A stretch of 32,000 bases of DNA from Candidatus Velamenicoccus archaeovorus (GTDB lineage: Bacteria; Omnitrophota; Gorgyraeia; Velamenicoccales; Velamenicoccaceae). Below the pieces are notes generated by a model that saw only the letters and a program-made list of their open reading frames with translations, was not told where the DNA came from and did not search any database. Positions within the stretch are counted from its first letter, which is position 1, and each line of letters begins with the position of its first letter. Shown one piece after another: positions 1-12,593 of this stretch. Both the position numbers and the translations under genes were made by a program. The DNA is taken from positions 720,001 through 752,000 of the forward strand of contig NZ_CP019384.1 of NCBI RefSeq assembly GCF_004102945.1. Reading direction: 5' to 3'.

Positions 1-243
1 GGCGCAGGGGCTGCGGCTCCGGCGGAAGAGAAAACCGTATTCACGGTTGTGCTCACCAGTGCAGGCGCCAACAAGATCGCCGTCATCAAGGAAGTCCGCG
101 CGATCACCAATCTCGGTCTGAAAGAAGCCAAGGATCTGGTGGATGGAGCGCCGAAACCCGTCAAAGAGAGCGTTCCAAAGGCTGAAGCCGACGAGCTCAA
201 GAAGAAGCTGGAAGCCGCCGGAGCGACGGTGGAGTTGAAGTAA
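1..243 (+). CDS. rplL: 50S ribosomal protein L7/L12, C-terminal part (5' end outside window)
   Basis: Frame 1 is open from the window edge. The peptide ...[72 protein letters not shown] is the L7/L12 C-terminal domain. It sits directly upstream of rpoB. Confidence 0.92.
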   Translation, partial: GAGAAAPAEEKTVFTVVLTSAGANKIAVIKEVRAITNLGLKEAKDLVDGAPKPVKESVPKAEADELKKKLEAAGATVELK

Positions 244-286
244 ACAGGGCTGGGCCTTAAATCATCCGTTGAATACGGAGACTTGA

Positions 287-3200
287 ATGAGCAAAAGAAA
301 AAGCTTTGCCAAATTAAGAGAAATTTACCCGATGCCGAACCTTTTGGATCTGCAACTCCTGTCTTATGAGGAGTTTCTGCAGGCTGATGTCCGTTCCGAA
401 GAACGGAAATCCTTGGGGCTGCAAGAAGCATTCCAGGAAGTTTTCCCGATTGAGAGTTTCGACAAAAGGTTCCGTCTTGAGTTTGTCAGCTACACCCTCG
501 GCAAGCCGAAATACTCCGTTGAAGAATGCCGCCGCAGGGGAATGACTTTCGCATCGCCTTTACGTGCGAACCTGCGTCTGATCACACCCAACGACGTTAA
601 GATCCAGGAGGTCTATTTCGGGGAGCTGCCCTTGATGACGCCGACAGCCTCTTTCATCATCAATGGCGACGAGCGGGTTATTGTGAGCCAGCTGCAGCGT
701 TCCCCGGGCGTCTGCTTTGAAGAGGAGCAGCATCCTACCGGCAAAAAGATATTCTACGGCCGCATCATCCCCTATCGTGGGGCGTGGCTTGAATTCAAAT
801 ATGATTTGAACGAGGTCATCCTGGCCTATGTGGACCGCCGCCGCAGTTTTCCGGCGACGCAGATCTTGCGTATCATGGGGTTTTCCGGAGACGAAGAGAT
901 CACAAAAGCTTTCGGCGATGTCCCTGAGATTGCCAATACCCTCAAGAAAGATTTCACCAAGAACAAGGAAGAGGCCCTTATCGACTTTTATCGCAAGATG
1001 CGCCCGACGGAGCCTGTGACTCCGGAAGCGGCCGAGGAGCTATTCTATCGTCTTTTTTTTGATCCCAAGCGCTACGATATCGCCCGCGCCGGCCGTTTCA
1101 TATTGAACAGAAAGCTCGGCATGGGCGTTTCTGTCGATAAGCGCATCCTGGATGCCGAGACGGTGATCAAGGTGATCCAGTATCTCGTGGGTCTCAAGAA
1201 GGGCGAGGGCGAGATCGATGATATCGACCATTTAGGTAATCGCCGCGTCAAGACCGTGGGTGAACTCATCCAGAATCAGGCGAGGATAGGCCTGGCAAGA
1301 CTGGAAAGGTCCATCCGCGAGCGTCTGGCGATTTTGACGGATGCCGACGCGGTCATGATCTATCATCTGATTAATTCCAAACTTTTCTCCAGCCAGATCC
1401 GCGATTTCTTTGCCAGGAGCCAGTTGTCCCAATTTATGGACCAAGTCAATCCCTTGGCAGAGCTAACCCATAAGCGCCGTTTGAGCGCGCTGGGGCCGGG
1501 CGGGTTGTCCCGTGAAAGGGCGGGGTTTGAAGTCCGTGATATCCACCAGTCCCATTACGGCCGTATTTGTCCTATTGAGACGCCTGAAGGTCCGAACATC
1601 GGGCTGATTGCATCATTGACGACCTATGCCAGAGTCAATGATCTGGGATATCTTGAGACGCCTTATCGCAAGGTTGACGACGGCCGCGTCACAAAGAGGA
1701 TCGAGTATATTACGGCGGACCTCGAGCTCAATAAGTCCATGGCGCAGGCCAACAGCCCCCTGGATGAAGATGGAACCTTCCAGGAGAAAGACGTTATTTG
1801 CCGCCTCAGGGGCGATTTCCCAAAATTGCCTCCCAAAAAAGTCGACTTCATGGATGTATCGCCGAAACAACTGGTGTCCTTGGCGGCATCCCTGATCCCG
1901 TTTTTAGAGCACGATGACGCCAACCGCGCGCTGATGGGTTCCAACATGCAGCGTCAGGCGGTGCCCTTGATGATCACCGAACGCCCGTTGGTCGGCACCG
2001 ATATGGAGCAGAAGGCCGCGATCGATTCCGGCGCCGTCGTCATCACTGAAGAAGATGGAGTGGTTAAGGCCGTCGATGCCAACGCCATCACCGTCAACAA
2101 TAAGGTCTATGAACTAAGGAAATTCAAGCGCTCCAACGCGAATACCTGCGTGAACCAGAAGCCGATCGTCAAGCTGGGTCAGAAGGTCCGTCAGGGCGAG
2201 GTGATCGCCGACGGTATCGGGACCAGGGACGGCGAACTGGCCCTGGGCAAGAATCTCCTGGCGGCTTTTATGCCGTGGCGCGGCTTTAACTTTGAAGACG
2301 CGATCCTGGTCAGCGAGAAACTCGTGAAGGAGGATGCATATACGTCGATCCACATCGAGGAATTCGAGCTGGAAGCCCGGGAGACGCGTCTGGGCAATGA
2401 GGAGATCACGCGGGACATCCCGAATGTTTCCGAGGAAGCGTTGCGCAATCTCGACGAAAACGGCATCGTGCGCATCGGCGCCGAAGTCGATGCCGGAGAT
2501 ATCCTCGTCGGCAAGGTCACGCCAAAAACGGAATCCGAGCTTTCTCCTGAAGAGAGGCTGTTGCGCGCGATCTTCGGTGAAAAGGCCGGCGACGTGCGCG
2601 ATACTTCCCTGACGGTTCCTCCGGGGATCGAAGGCGTGGTCATCGACGTGCAGATCTTCCAGAGAAAAGAGAGAGGGCGCAAGTCCAAGGAAGACAAAAA
2701 GAAAGAATTGGGCCAGATCAAGGAAATCAAGGCCTATTATGTGCAAGAGATCGAATATATCCAGGAGGAAAAGATCAACAAGATTGCTTCTCTCCTGGGG
2801 GTGTCGAAGGCCAAGGCGTTGACCGCCGACCTTGAGGATAACGAAGAGGCCAAGCATATCGCCAAATTTTTTGACGAACAGATCAAGGAGCTTGCCCAGG
2901 AAGAGGAACAGGAGATCGAGAAGATCAAGAGGGGCGATGAGTTGGCGCCGGGCGTTCTGAAAAAAGTCGTCGTCTACGTCGCCACCAAGCGCAGGCTTGC
3001 CGTCGGCGATAAGATGGCCGGCCGCCATGGCAACAAGGGTGTTATCGCCAAGATCCTCCCCGAAGAAGATATGCCTTTTCTGGAGGACGGCACACCGGTA
3101 GAGTTGGTGCTTAATCCTCTGGGCGTGCCGTCGCGTATGAACGTCGGACAGATCTTAGAGACGCATTTAGGATGGGCGGCAAAGGTTCTCGGGTTGCATG

Positions 3201-3688
3201 TTGCAACTCCTGTTTTCGACGGCGCCTCCGAGAACGAGGTCAAAGAGATGCTTCGCAAGGCTGGCCTGCCGGAAGACGGCAAGGTCGATGTCTATGACGG
3301 TTTTACCGGAAGGAAGTTCGACCAGAAGGTAACGGTGGGTTATATCTATATGATGAAACTGATCCACCTGGTCGATGAAAAGATCCATGCACGTTCCATC
3401 GGTCCTTATTCTCTCGTGACACAGCAACCTCTCGGCGGCAAGGCCCAGTTCGGCGGCCAGCGGTTCGGCGAGATGGAAGTCTGGGCCCTGGAGGCGTACG
3501 GCGCGGCCTTCAGCCTGCAGGAGATGCTCACGGTCAAGAGCGATGACGTCGCCGGCCGCACGAGGATCTATGAGGCGATCGTTAAAGGCGAACAACGGTT
3601 GAGTCCGGGAACGCCGGAGTCTTTCAATGTTCTGGTCAAAGAATTGCAGGGTCTAGGGCTTGATATAAAAATGGAAAGACAAAAATGA
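287..3688 (+). CDS. rpoB: DNA-directed RNA polymerase subunit beta
   Basis: 1133-aa ORF with RpoB signatures ([80 protein letters not shown]). SD ACGGAGA precedes the ATG. Confidence 0.99.
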   Translation: MSKRKSFAKLREIYPMPNLLDLQLLSYEEFLQADVRSEERKSLGLQEAFQEVFPIESFDKRFRLEFVSYTLGKPKYSVEECRRRGMTFASPLRANLRLITPNDVKIQEVYFGELPLMTPTASFIINGDERVIVSQLQRSPGVCFEEEQHPTGKKIFYGRIIPYRGAWLEFKYDLNEVILAYVDRRRSFPATQILRIMGFSGDEEITKAFGDVPEIANTLKKDFTKNKEEALIDFYRKMRPTEPVTPEAAEELFYRLFFDPKRYDIARAGRFILNRKLGMGVSVDKRILDAETVIKVIQYLVGLKKGEGEIDDIDHLGNRRVKTVGELIQNQARIGLARLERSIRERLAILTDADAVMIYHLINSKLFSSQIRDFFARSQLSQFMDQVNPLAELTHKRRLSALGPGGLSRERAGFEVRDIHQSHYGRICPIETPEGPNIGLIASLTTYARVNDLGYLETPYRKVDDGRVTKRIEYITADLELNKSMAQANSPLDEDGTFQEKDVICRLRGDFPKLPPKKVDFMDVSPKQLVSLAASLIPFLEHDDANRALMGSNMQRQAVPLMITERPLVGTDMEQKAAIDSGAVVITEEDGVVKAVDANAITVNNKVYELRKFKRSNANTCVNQKPIVKLGQKVRQGEVIADGIGTRDGELALGKNLLAAFMPWRGFNFEDAILVSEKLVKEDAYTSIHIEEFELEARETRLGNEEITRDIPNVSEEALRNLDENGIVRIGAEVDAGDILVGKVTPKTESELSPEERLLRAIFGEKAGDVRDTSLTVPPGIEGVVIDVQIFQRKERGRKSKEDKKKELGQIKEIKAYYVQEIEYIQEEKINKIASLLGVSKAKALTADLEDNEEAKHIAKFFDEQIKELAQEEEQEIEKIKRGDELAPGVLKKVVVYVATKRRLAVGDKMAGRHGNKGVIAKILPEEDMPFLEDGTPVELVLNPLGVPSRMNVGQILETHLGWAAKVLGLHVATPVFDGASENEVKEMLRKAGLPEDGKVDVYDGFTGRKFDQKVTVGYIYMMKLIHLVDEKIHARSIGPYSLVTQQPLGGKAQFGGQRFGEMEVWALEAYGAAFSLQEMLTVKSDDVAGRTRIYEAIVKGEQRLSPGTPESFNVLVKELQGLGLDIKMERQK

Positions 3689-3780
3689 CACGCTTGACGC
3701 TTCGACTACGCTCAGCGTGGTGAGCAAAGTCGAACCACTTCGCTCAGTGCCATCCTGAGGGAAGAAAAAGGACACGAAGG

Positions 3781-6700
3781 ATGAGAAGAGATCTCAATCA
3801 GAAAAATCCGAACGAAGAAATCTCTCAGTTTGACTCGATCTCCGTCAAGATCGCCTCGTCTGTGACGATCCGTTCCTGGTCTAAGGGGGAGGTCAAAAAG
3901 GCCGAGACGATCAATTACCGCACCCTCAAGCCTGAAAAGGACGGTCTTTTCTGCGAGAAGATCTTCGGCCCTGTCAAGGACTGGGAGTGCAACTGCGGAA
4001 AATACAAAGGCAACAAATTCAGGAATATCGTCTGCGACCGCTGCGGCGTGGAAGTCACGCGTTCCAATGTCCGCCGCGACCGCATGGGCCATATTGAATT
4101 GGCTGCTCCTGTTACGCATATCTGGTTTTTCAAGGCTGTACCGTCTAGGATTTCGGCCTTGCTGGATATCGGCCTCCGGGATTTGGAAAAGATCATCTAT
4201 TATGAGGAATATATCGTTGTTGATCCGGGCGATACGGGTTTGAAAAAGGGCGAACTTTTGACGGAAGACCGTCATCAGGAGCTTCAGGAGAAGTACGGTT
4301 CCGGATTCAGGGCCAAGATCGGCGCCGAAGCGGTGCTGGAGCTGCTCAAGGAAATCGACCTGGATGCGCTTTCCAAGAAGCTTCACAAACAGTTGGAGAC
4401 GTCCAAGGAAGGCACGAATGCCCGCAAGATATTGAAGACTCTCAAGATTGTCGAAGATTTCAAGAAGTCCAGCAACAAGCCGGAGTGGATGGTTCTGGAA
4501 GTCCTGCCTGTCATTCCTCCGGACCTCAGGCCTCTGGTTCCTCTCGACGGCGGGCGTTTTGCCACGTCCGATCTAAATGATCTTTACCGGCGCGTCATCA
4601 ATCGCAACAACCGGTTGAAGAAGCTCCTGGATCTTAACGCCCCCGAGATCATCATCCGCAACGAAAAGCGCATGCTTCAAGAGGCGGTGGATGCTCTCCT
4701 GGATAACGGCCGACACGGCCGTCCCGTCCTGGGTTCGAACAACAGGCCGTTGAAATCCCTTTCAGATATGCTCAAAGGCAAGCAGGGACGTTTCCGCCAG
4801 AACCTTCTGGGCAAGCGCGTGGATTATTCCGGCCGTTCCGTTATCGTCGTTGGGCCGGAGCTCAATCTGCATCAGTGCGGCCTGCCCAAACGCATGGCCC
4901 TGGAATTATTTGAGCCGTTCATCATCAAGAAATTGCGTGAGCGCGGTTTTGTCCACACGATCAAGGGCGCCAAGAGGATGGTGGAGCGCGCCAAGATCGA
5001 GGTCTGGGATATCCTTGACGAAGTGATCAAGGACCATCCCGTTCTGTTGAATCGCGCCCCGACGCTGCATCGTCTCTCCGTCCAGGCTTTTGAGCCGGTC
5101 CTGGTCGAAGGCAAGGCCATCAGGATCCATCCTTTGGTCTGTACGGCCTTTAACGCCGATTTCGACGGCGACCAGATGGCTGTCCATGTTCCGTTGTCGC
5201 TGGAGGCCCAGATGGAGGCGCGGCTCCTGATGTTATCCATCAATAATATTTTTTCACCCGCAGACGGCCGCCCCATCACGACGCCGACGCAGGACATCAT
5301 TCTGGGGCTTTGCTATCTGACCAAAATGAAACCCAAGACCAAAGGCGAAGGCATGATTTTGTCCGATGCGGTCGAGGCGATCGCCGCCTATGACGACGGC
5401 ACGATCGATCTTCACGCCAAGATCAAGACGAGGATCCCCCATCAGTATCATCTCAACGAAGGCATTTATTCCGGCGAAAGGGCCCTGGTCGAGACGACCG
5501 TCGGCCGCATCATCTTCAATGAGAGACTTCCGAAAGAGTTTGGTTTCGTCAACCTTGAGCTTAACAAGAAAAATGTCGGTCAGATCGTTACGGCATGTTA
5601 TAAACGGTTTGGGCACGACTCCACCATCAAGCTTTTGGACCGTCTCAAAGCCCTCGGTTTTGAATACGCGACGCTCGGCGGCATCTCCATCTCTATCGAC
5701 GACCTGGAGATCCCTGAGGAGAAAAAGGAATATATCGCGGAGGCAAAAAAGGAAGTGGCGAAAGTCGATGACCAGTATCGCAAAGGCATCATCACCAACG
5801 GCGAACGTTACAACAAGGTCATCGATATCTGGACACATACGACGGACAAGGTCTCAGACCTCGTTTTCAAGAAGATGGATGCTTTTAATCCGATCTTCAT
5901 GATGGCGGATTCCGGCGCGCGCGGTTCCAGACTGCAGGTCAGGCAGCTGGCCGGCATGCGCGGTTTGATGGCCAAACCTTCCGGCGAGATCATTGAGAAT
6001 CCGATCACGGCCAGTTTCCGCGAAGGCCTGACGGTGTTGGAATATTTCATTTCTACGCACGGTGCGCGCAAAGGTTTGGCGGATACGGCGCTTAAAACCG
6101 CCGATGCGGGTTATCTGACGCGTCGTCTGGTGGACGTCTCCCAGGAAGTCATCATTACAGAAGAGGATTGCGGCACTCTGAACGGCATCTCCCTTTCTTC
6201 GATCATCGAAGGCGACGAAGTTGTCGTTCCTTTGAAGGAACGGATCGTCGGCCGCGTGACCCTGGATAACATCGTCGATGTCATCACGGATGAAACCGTT
6301 GTGGCGGCTGGCGAGATGATCACGGCAGAAAAGGCGGAAGCCTTGGAAAAGATGGGGATCGAAAAAATCCGTATCCGCAGCGTCTTGACTTGTGAATCCG
6401 ACCGCGGCATCTGCGCCAAGTGCTACGGTAAAGACCTGGCACGCGACGGCCTGGTTGAAATTGGATTGGCCGTCGGGATCATCGCGGCGCAGTCGATCGG
6501 CGAACCCGGTACCCAGCTGACAATGAGGACGTTCCATATCGGCGGTACGGCCTCCCGTATCGTCGAACAGTCTTTTGTCAAAGCCAAAAATAAGGGTGTT
6601 TTGAATTTCCACGCGTTACGGACGGTCGCCAGAGGCAAAGACCTGATTGTCCTGAACCGTAATGGCTCTTTAACCATCAACGATCCCCAGGGCCGCGAAT

Positions 6701-7869
6701 TGGAGCGTTACGCCATTCCGCAGGGCAGCGTGATTTCCATGGCCGAAGGGGAAGAGATCCAGAAGGGCGTCATCTTCGTCCGGTGGGACCCTTATACATT
6801 GCCGATCCTGACGGAGGTCGCCGGTATCGTCCGCTACGAAGATATCAAGGAAAACATCACGATGCGCGAAGAGATGAATCCGACCACCGGGATCGCCGAG
6901 CGTGTCATCGTTGAACACAAGATGGAATTTCATCCGCAGATCATCATCCTCGATGCGGGCGGACAAGTCGTCGGCATTTATCCGATCCCGATCGGCGCCC
7001 ATATTCTCGTGAAGGACGGTCAGAAGATCGAGGCCGGCGAACTGATCGCCAAGATCCCGCGCGTGTCCGGAAAGACGAGGGATATCACGGGCGGTCTGCC
7101 GCGTGTGGCGGAGTTGTTCGAGGCCCGCCGGCCCAAAGATCCGGCGATCATTTCGGAAATCGACGGCTTCGTCGAGTTCAGCGAGAACAAGAAGGGTCAG
7201 AGGATGATCATCGTGACGTCTTCGACGGGCATGAAGCGCGAATACGCGATTCCTCACGGGAAACATCCAAATGTATACCGCGGCGATCGCGTGACGGCAG
7301 GCCAGCAGTTGACGGACGGCCCCGTGGTCTTGCAGGATATCCTGCGTGTCTGCGGCGACAAAATCCTTCAGGAATATCTTGTCAATGAAGTGCAGGAAGT
7401 CTACCGCTTGCAGGGCGTCAAGATCAACGATAAACACATTGAGGTTATCATCCGGCAGATGCTCAAAAAGGTCAAGATCGAGGACGCCGGAGATACGGAA
7501 TTCCTTTCCGGCCAGCAGGTGGATCGCTGGAGGTTCCAGAAGGAGAACCAGCGCGTCATCAAAAAAGGCGGCAAGCCGGCTTCGGCGACCCCGCTCCTGT
7601 TGGGGATTACGAAGGCGTCGCTGACGACGGAAAGCTTTATTTCAGCGGCGAGCTTCCAGGAGACGACCAAGGTTCTGACGGATGCGGCGGCTTCCGGGAA
7701 ACGGGACGAGCTTTTCGGCTTGAAAGAGAATGTTATCGTCGGCCATTTGATCCCGGCCGGAACGGGCCTCAAGATTCATCAGGATTTCAAGATCAATAAA
7801 GAAGATGTGGCCATTTCTGTAAAAGAGGAAGGTGTGAATGCCGACAATTCAGCAGCTCATACGGAATAG
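3781..7869 (+). CDS. rpoC: DNA-directed RNA polymerase subunit beta'
   Basis: 1362-aa ORF with the N-terminal Zn motif CNCGKY...CDRCGVEV, the catalytic [12 protein letters not shown] motif, and [15 protein letters not shown] / trigger-loop-like regions. Confidence 0.99.
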   Translation: MRRDLNQKNPNEEISQFDSISVKIASSVTIRSWSKGEVKKAETINYRTLKPEKDGLFCEKIFGPVKDWECNCGKYKGNKFRNIVCDRCGVEVTRSNVRRDRMGHIELAAPVTHIWFFKAVPSRISALLDIGLRDLEKIIYYEEYIVVDPGDTGLKKGELLTEDRHQELQEKYGSGFRAKIGAEAVLELLKEIDLDALSKKLHKQLETSKEGTNARKILKTLKIVEDFKKSSNKPEWMVLEVLPVIPPDLRPLVPLDGGRFATSDLNDLYRRVINRNNRLKKLLDLNAPEIIIRNEKRMLQEAVDALLDNGRHGRPVLGSNNRPLKSLSDMLKGKQGRFRQNLLGKRVDYSGRSVIVVGPELNLHQCGLPKRMALELFEPFIIKKLRERGFVHTIKGAKRMVERAKIEVWDILDEVIKDHPVLLNRAPTLHRLSVQAFEPVLVEGKAIRIHPLVCTAFNADFDGDQMAVHVPLSLEAQMEARLLMLSINNIFSPADGRPITTPTQDIILGLCYLTKMKPKTKGEGMILSDAVEAIAAYDDGTIDLHAKIKTRIPHQYHLNEGIYSGERALVETTVGRIIFNERLPKEFGFVNLELNKKNVGQIVTACYKRFGHDSTIKLLDRLKALGFEYATLGGISISIDDLEIPEEKKEYIAEAKKEVAKVDDQYRKGIITNGERYNKVIDIWTHTTDKVSDLVFKKMDAFNPIFMMADSGARGSRLQVRQLAGMRGLMAKPSGEIIENPITASFREGLTVLEYFISTHGARKGLADTALKTADAGYLTRRLVDVSQEVIITEEDCGTLNGISLSSIIEGDEVVVPLKERIVGRVTLDNIVDVITDETVVAAGEMITAEKAEALEKMGIEKIRIRSVLTCESDRGICAKCYGKDLARDGLVEIGLAVGIIAAQSIGEPGTQLTMRTFHIGGTASRIVEQSFVKAKNKGVLNFHALRTVARGKDLIVLNRNGSLTINDPQGRELERYAIPQGSVISMAEGEEIQKGVIFVRWDPYTLPILTEVAGIVRYEDIKENITMREEMNPTTGIAERVIVEHKMEFHPQIIILDAGGQVVGIYPIPIGAHILVKDGQKIEAGELIAKIPRVSGKTRDITGGLPRVAELFEARRPKDPAIISEIDGFVEFSENKKGQRMIIVTSSTGMKREYAIPHGKHPNVYRGDRVTAGQQLTDGPVVLQDILRVCGDKILQEYLVNEVQEVYRLQGVKINDKHIEVIIRQMLKKVKIEDAGDTEFLSGQQVDRWRFQKENQRVIKKGGKPASATPLLLGITKASLTTESFISAASFQETTKVLTDAAASGKRDELFGLKENVIVGHLIPAGTGLKIHQDFKINKEDVAISVKEEGVNADNSAAHTE

Positions 7870-8215
7870 CAGGATTGCCAAGAAGATCAAGTCCAAATCG
7901 CCGGCCCTCAAGGGCTGTCCTCAGCGCCGGGGTGTATGCCTTCAGGTCAAGACCATGACGCCGAAGAAGCCGAATTCGGCTCTTCGCAAGATCGCGAGGG
8001 TCCGCCTGACGACGGGCATCGAAGTGACATCTTATATTCCCGGGGAAGGACATAATCTGCAGGAACATTCGATCGTCCTGGTGAGGGGCGGCAGGGTTAA
8101 AGACCTCCCCGGCGTGCGTTATCATATTGTCCGCGGGACGCTGGATACGGCGGGTGTGGCCAACAGAAAGAAATCCCGCTCCAAATATGGGGCAAAGGTA
8201 TCCAAGAAGAAATAG
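7838..8215 (+). CDS. rpsL: 30S ribosomal protein S12
   Basis: 125 aa with MPTIQQLIR... and KKPNSALRK motifs. SD GAGGAAGG lies upstream. The start is inside the last 32 nt of rpoC. Confidence 0.98.
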   Translation: MPTIQQLIRNSRIAKKIKSKSPALKGCPQRRGVCLQVKTMTPKKPNSALRKIARVRLTTGIEVTSYIPGEGHNLQEHSIVLVRGGRVKDLPGVRYHIVRGTLDTAGVANRKKSRSKYGAKVSKKK

Positions 8216-8263
8216 CCGAAAGAACTTTCATTCAGGCAGGAGAAAAAATACAGAGGGCGATTC

Positions 8264-8734
8264 ATGAGAAGAAGACGCGCAGTCAAGCGGCAGATTTTAC
8301 CCGATCCGAAATATAACAGCCGGATTGTGGCCAAGATGATCAATATCTTGATGATCAAAGGCAAGAAGTCCACCGCCGAGACGATCGTCTACGGCGCGTT
8401 TGATGTCATCAAAGCCAAGACCGGAGAAGAGGACCCTGTGAAGGTGTTCAACAAAGCGCTGGAGAATATCCGTCCGCGGCTGGAGGTCAAGCCCCGCCGC
8501 GTGGGAGGCGCTACCTATCAGGTCCCTATCGAGGTATCCCAGGAGCGCGGCATATCGCTTGCCTTGCGCTGGATCAAGGACTTTTCGCGTGCCAAAAAAG
8601 GCAAGCCCATGCCGGAACGCCTGGCTGATGAGATCATGGCCGGGTTCAAAGGCGAAGGCGCTGCCATCAAAAAAAGGGACGACACCCACAAGATGGCGGA
8701 GGCCAATAAGGCCTTTGCGCACTTCCGGTGGTAG
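8264..8734 (+). CDS. rpsG: 30S ribosomal protein S7
   Basis: 156 aa, [19 protein letters not shown]...[11 protein letters not shown]...AFAHFRW. Canonical S7 sequence and position. Confidence 0.98.
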   Translation: MRRRRAVKRQILPDPKYNSRIVAKMINILMIKGKKSTAETIVYGAFDVIKAKTGEEDPVKVFNKALENIRPRLEVKPRRVGGATYQVPIEVSQERGISLALRWIKDFSRAKKGKPMPERLADEIMAGFKGEGAAIKKRDDTHKMAEANKAFAHFRW

Positions 8735-8763
8735 GGAGCCCCCGAAGAAAGAGGACGGCTTAA

Positions 8764-10863
8764 GTGACAGTTGCAGAAAGAATGCTGACCATGACGCAAA
8801 AAATAGATCTGACAAAGATACGTAATATTGGAGTTATCGCTCATATCGACGCCGGCAAGACGACGACGACGGAGCGCATGCTTTTTTACACCAAGAAGAT
8901 CCACAAGATCGGCGAAGTCCATGACGGGACGGCGACGATGGACTGGATGGTGCAAGAGCAGGAGCGCGGCATCACGATCACGTCGGCCTCGACGACGTGT
9001 TTCTGGCGCGACATCCATATCAACATCATCGATACGCCGGGCCACGTGGATTTTACGGTTGAAGTGGAGCGTTCGCTGAAAGTATTGGACGGAGCCGTGG
9101 TTGTTTTCTGCGCCGTGGCCGGCGTGCAGCCCCAGTCCGAGACGGTCTGGCGCCAGGCGGACAAGTATCACGTTCCCCGGATCGCTTTTGTCAACAAGAT
9201 GGATCGCGTGGGCGCCGATTTCCCGAATGTCTTGGCCGAGATACACCAGAAGCTTGGCGCGTGTGCTGCGGCGATCCAGCTGCCTCTCGGCGCGGAAGAG
9301 AATTTCTCCGGAATGATCGACCTGGTCGAAGAAGAACTGGTTATGCCTGTCGATGAAAAGGGTGAGAAGTTTGAGCGTAAGCCAGTGCCGGAAGAGCATA
9401 AGGCGAAACTCCAGGAATATCGCCATACGCTGATCGAGAGGGTCGCCGAGGTCAATGATTACCTGATGGACCTTTATATCCATAATAAGCCCATTACCAA
9501 GGAAGATATCAAGCGGTCGATCCGCGAAGCGACCGTCGCCAATAAGTTCTGCCCCGTGCTCTGCGGTTCTTCTCTGAAGAACAAAGGGATCCAACTAGTC
9601 TTGGATGCGGTCTGCGATTATCTGCCTTCGCCTTTGGATGTTCCGGCTGTCAAAGGATTTGAGCCGGACAGCGGAGAATACGAGGAGAGGCAGGTTTCTA
9701 TGGATGCGCCGTTCTGCGGCTTCTGTTTTAAGGTCATGAGCGATCCCTATGTCGGCCGTCTTAATTTTGTACGCATCTATTCAGGGAAGATCAATGCCGG
9801 CGAGACGGTCTTTAATTCCGTCAAGCGTGAAGATGAGAGGATTTCCAAGATCGTGCGTATGCATGCCAATAAACAGGAAATGATCGAGTCGGCCCATTGC
9901 GGGGATATCGTTGCTTTTGTAGGTCTCAAGGAGACGAATACGGGAGATACCCTTTGCGACGAGAAAAATCCGATCGTTCTGGAAGCCATCAAATTTCCTG
10001 AGCCTGTCGTGGACCTGGCGATCGAGACAAAGTCCAAGGCCGACCAGGAGAAACTGGCGTTTGCCCTGCGTAAACTGCAGGATGAGGATCCTTCGTTCCG
10101 CGTCACTTACAATACCGAGACGGCGCAGACGATCATTTCCGGGATGGGACAATTGCATCTGGAGATCGCCGTCGATCGGATATTAAGAGAATTTAATGTA
10201 GAAGCAAAAGTCGGGCGTCCGCAGGTGGCGTATCGAGAATCGATCCGCAAGAAAATGTCCGTCACCGGCAAGTTCATTCAGCAGTCCGGCGGCCGCGGCC
10301 AGTATGGTCACGTCGTCTTGATCATGCAGCCTCAGGAGGTTCCGGGGACAGGGATCACGTTTGAGGAAACCCTGAAGGGTGGGGTGATCCCGAGAGAATA
10401 TATCCCTGCCGTCAAGAACGGGATCGTCATGGCAGCCAAGAGCGGCGTCCTTGGGAGTTATCCGGTAACGGATATTGCTGTGACGCTGGTAGACGGTTCC
10501 TTCCATGAAGTCGATTCATCCGAGATCGCTTTTCAGATGGCGGCTTCGATTGCGTTTACGGACGGGCTGCGTTCAGGAGGCTCTTATCTGCTTGAGCCGA
10601 TTATGGATATCGAAATTGTTGTCCCCGAAGAGTTCATGGGGTCGGTCATCGGCGACTTTAGTTCCCGTCGAGGAAAGCTTGTGTCCATGGGGCAGAGGGG
10701 GAACGTCAGGGTCCTGCGCGGACATGTTCCGCTTGCAGAAGTTTTTGATTATGCTAATATAGTGCGGTCGTTAACACAGGGTCGAGCGTCTTTTACAATG
10801 GAGCCCTTTTGTTATCAAGAGGTGCCTAAAGATATAGCCAATAAGGTGTTAGGGATAAAATAA
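8764..10863 (+). CDS. fusA: Elongation factor G
   Basis: [30 protein letters not shown] and NKMD GTPase motifs across a five-domain length. The start is uncertain. GTG 8764 has the best SD (AGAGGA). ATG 8791 ([14 protein letters not shown]) gives the canonical N-terminal length, and ATG 8782 is also possible. Confidence 0.95.
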   Translation: MTVAERMLTMTQKIDLTKIRNIGVIAHIDAGKTTTTERMLFYTKKIHKIGEVHDGTATMDWMVQEQERGITITSASTTCFWRDIHINIIDTPGHVDFTVEVERSLKVLDGAVVVFCAVAGVQPQSETVWRQADKYHVPRIAFVNKMDRVGADFPNVLAEIHQKLGACAAAIQLPLGAEENFSGMIDLVEEELVMPVDEKGEKFERKPVPEEHKAKLQEYRHTLIERVAEVNDYLMDLYIHNKPITKEDIKRSIREATVANKFCPVLCGSSLKNKGIQLVLDAVCDYLPSPLDVPAVKGFEPDSGEYEERQVSMDAPFCGFCFKVMSDPYVGRLNFVRIYSGKINAGETVFNSVKREDERISKIVRMHANKQEMIESAHCGDIVAFVGLKETNTGDTLCDEKNPIVLEAIKFPEPVVDLAIETKSKADQEKLAFALRKLQDEDPSFRVTYNTETAQTIISGMGQLHLEIAVDRILREFNVEAKVGRPQVAYRESIRKKMSVTGKFIQQSGGRGQYGHVVLIMQPQEVPGTGITFEETLKGGVIPREYIPAVKNGIVMAAKSGVLGSYPVTDIAVTLVDGSFHEVDSSEIAFQMAASIAFTDGLRSGGSYLLEPIMDIEIVVPEEFMGSVIGDFSSRRGKLVSMGQRGNVRVLRGHVPLAEVFDYANIVRSLTQGRASFTMEPFCYQEVPKDIANKVLGIK

Positions 10864-10920
10864 CCCAAAAGGGTATCCTTCCCGACACCGCATAGGAGAA
10901 GGTTCTAACGGAGGTGAAAG

Positions 10921-12123
10921 ATGTCAAAAGAAAAGTTTGTCAGAACAAAGCCCCACGTTAATATCGGAACTATTGGCCACGTTGATCACGGAAAGACAAG
11001 TCTGACAGCTGCGATCACGACAGTTTTATCGAAAAAGGGATGGGCGGAAGCCAGGAGCTATGAGTCGATCGATAACGCGCCCGAAGAGAGGGAGAGAGGC
11101 GTTACGATCAATATCGCCCACGTTGAATATCAGACGGATACCCGTCACTACGCGCATATCGATTGCCCGGGTCACGCAGACTATATCAAGAACATGATTA
11201 CAGGCGCCGCTCAGATGGATGGCGCGATCCTGGTCGTGTCCGCTGCGGACGGTCCGATGCCCCAGACCCGTGAGCACATTCTTCTGGCGCGTCAGGTGAA
11301 CGTTCCTGCCATCGTCGTCTTTTTGAACAAGGTCGACATGGTCCAGGACAAAGAGCTTATTGACTTGGTCGAGATGGAAGTGCGCGATCTTTTGACAAAG
11401 TACAACTTTCCCAGCGATAAGACGCCGATCGTCAAAGGCAGCGCGACAGAGGCCTTATCCTGCCTGTGCGCGAAACCGGATTGCCCCAAGTGCGGTCCGA
11501 TCTTTGAATTGATGAAGGCTGTCGACGAGTTTATTCCGATGCCGAAGCGCGAACTCGAGAAACCCTTCTTGATGGCCGTGGAAGACGTTTTCACGATTTC
11601 GGGCCGCGGAACTGTCGGCACGGGCCGTATCGAGAGAGGCAAGATCAAACTCAACGATAACGTGGATATCGTCGGCATGAGGCCGGAGATCGGCAAGACA
11701 GTTGTGACCGGTATCGAGATGTTCCGCAAGCTCCTCGACGACGGCCAGGCGGGTGACAACGTCGGCTTGCTCCTGCGCGGTGTTGACAAGGATTCCCTGG
11801 AGCGCGGCATGGTTTTGGCGGCGACAGGTTCCATTACGCCCCACAAGAAATTCAAAGCACAGGTCTACATCCTGACCAAAGAAGAAGGCGGGCGCCATAC
11901 GCCGTTCTTTACCGGCTACCGCCCTCAGTTCTATTTCAGGACGACGGACGTGACGGGAACGATCAAGCTTCCTCAGGGCGTCGAAATGATCATGCCCGGC
12001 GACAATATCACGGTTGAGGCCGAGTTGATCGTCCCGATCGCCATGGAGAAAGAGCTGCGCTTCGCTATCCGGGAAGGCGGCCATACGGTTGGTGCTGGAG
12101 TTGTTTCTGAGATCATCGAATAA
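10921..12123 (+). CDS. tuf: Elongation factor Tu
   Basis: 400 aa with [16 protein letters not shown] and NKVD motifs. SD GGAGGTG lies upstream. It carries an unusual Cys-rich loop (see findings). Confidence 0.99.
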   Translation: MSKEKFVRTKPHVNIGTIGHVDHGKTSLTAAITTVLSKKGWAEARSYESIDNAPEERERGVTINIAHVEYQTDTRHYAHIDCPGHADYIKNMITGAAQMDGAILVVSAADGPMPQTREHILLARQVNVPAIVVFLNKVDMVQDKELIDLVEMEVRDLLTKYNFPSDKTPIVKGSATEALSCLCAKPDCPKCGPIFELMKAVDEFIPMPKRELEKPFLMAVEDVFTISGRGTVGTGRIERGKIKLNDNVDIVGMRPEIGKTVVTGIEMFRKLLDDGQAGDNVGLLLRGVDKDSLERGMVLAATGSITPHKKFKAQVYILTKEEGGRHTPFFTGYRPQFYFRTTDVTGTIKLPQGVEMIMPGDNITVEAELIVPIAMEKELRFAIREGGHTVGAGVVSEIIE

Positions 12124-12129
12124 ATCAAA

Positions 12130-12245
12130 ACTCCTCGCCTGAGCGCTTGTAAATTACCTGCGCAGGTTTGCCCGTTCGTGGTCGAAGGCCGAGGACGGGC
12201 AGGAGTTGATGTTGAGGCGTAAGAACCTAAAATAGGCAGAATCAA
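12130..12245 (+). repeat. Intergenic cassette copy A (diverged centre), tuf-rpsJ spacer
   Basis: It shares ACTCCTYGC..CGCTTGTAAATT, GGAGTTGATNTTG and CCTAAA(T)ATAGGCANAATCAA blocks with 25345-25465 and 30965-31093, in the same order and orientation. It ends at the rpsJ ATG. Confidence 0.65.
12206..12233 (+). promoter_or_regulatory. Candidate sigma70-like promoter inside cassette A (TTGATG-16 nt-TAAAAT)
   Basis: Hexamers read directly at 12206-12211 and 12228-12233. The predicted start would leave only about 5 nt of leader before the rpsJ ATG, and no SD is visible. Confidence 0.3.
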
Positions 12246-12548
12246 ATGTCACAGAAAATCCGAATACGACTTAAAGCGTACGATCACCGCCTCTTGGATC
12301 AGTCGACGAAAGAGATCGTTGAAACGGCCAAGCGGAGCGGGGCGAAAGTGGCAGGCCCCATTCCTTTGCCGACCAAGAAGGAGATCTACACCGTTAATCG
12401 TTCGGTCGTCATTGACAAAAAGTCCAGGGAGCAGTTCCTCCTGGCGACACATAAGAGGCTCTTGGAACTTCATGAGCCGACAGCCAAGACGATCGATGCT
12501 TTGCGGAAGTTGAATCTCCCTGCCGGCGTGGACGTGGAAATCCGCTGA
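12246..12548 (+). CDS. rpsJ: 30S ribosomal protein S10
   Basis: 100 aa, [20 protein letters not shown]...GPIPLPTK. Canonical S10. Confidence 0.98.
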   Translation: MSQKIRIRLKAYDHRLLDQSTKEIVETAKRSGAKVAGPIPLPTKKEIYTVNRSVVIDKKSREQFLLATHKRLLELHEPTAKTIDALRKLNLPAGVDVEIR

Positions 12549-12593
12549 CGTTTTTGAAGAAAGCCGGCGGCTGCAAAGAAAAATGGTGAATCC

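Noticed and set aside
2114-3028. Long minus-strand ORFs from the track: 2114-3028, 3712-4386, 5854-6612, 6670-7437, 8518-9594, 11455-12084, 12249-13091, 14339-15073, 18296-18955, 20195-20935, 28452-29240, 31109-31834 and shorter ones.
   Set aside because: Every one lies antisense to a strongly conserved + strand gene (rpoB, rpoC, fusA, tuf, r-proteins, the aminotransferase, pilT). Their translations are low-complexity, Arg/Leu/Asp/Gly-rich and resemble no family I recognise. None has a convincing SD. They are typical shadow ORFs of a moderately GC-rich coding strand.
3720-3745. tRNA-like T-arm (GTGGT...GTCGAACCAC) in the rpoB-rpoC spacer.
   Set aside because: The loop is 11 nt rather than 7, there is no GTTCRA consensus, and there is no acceptor or anticodon structure around it.
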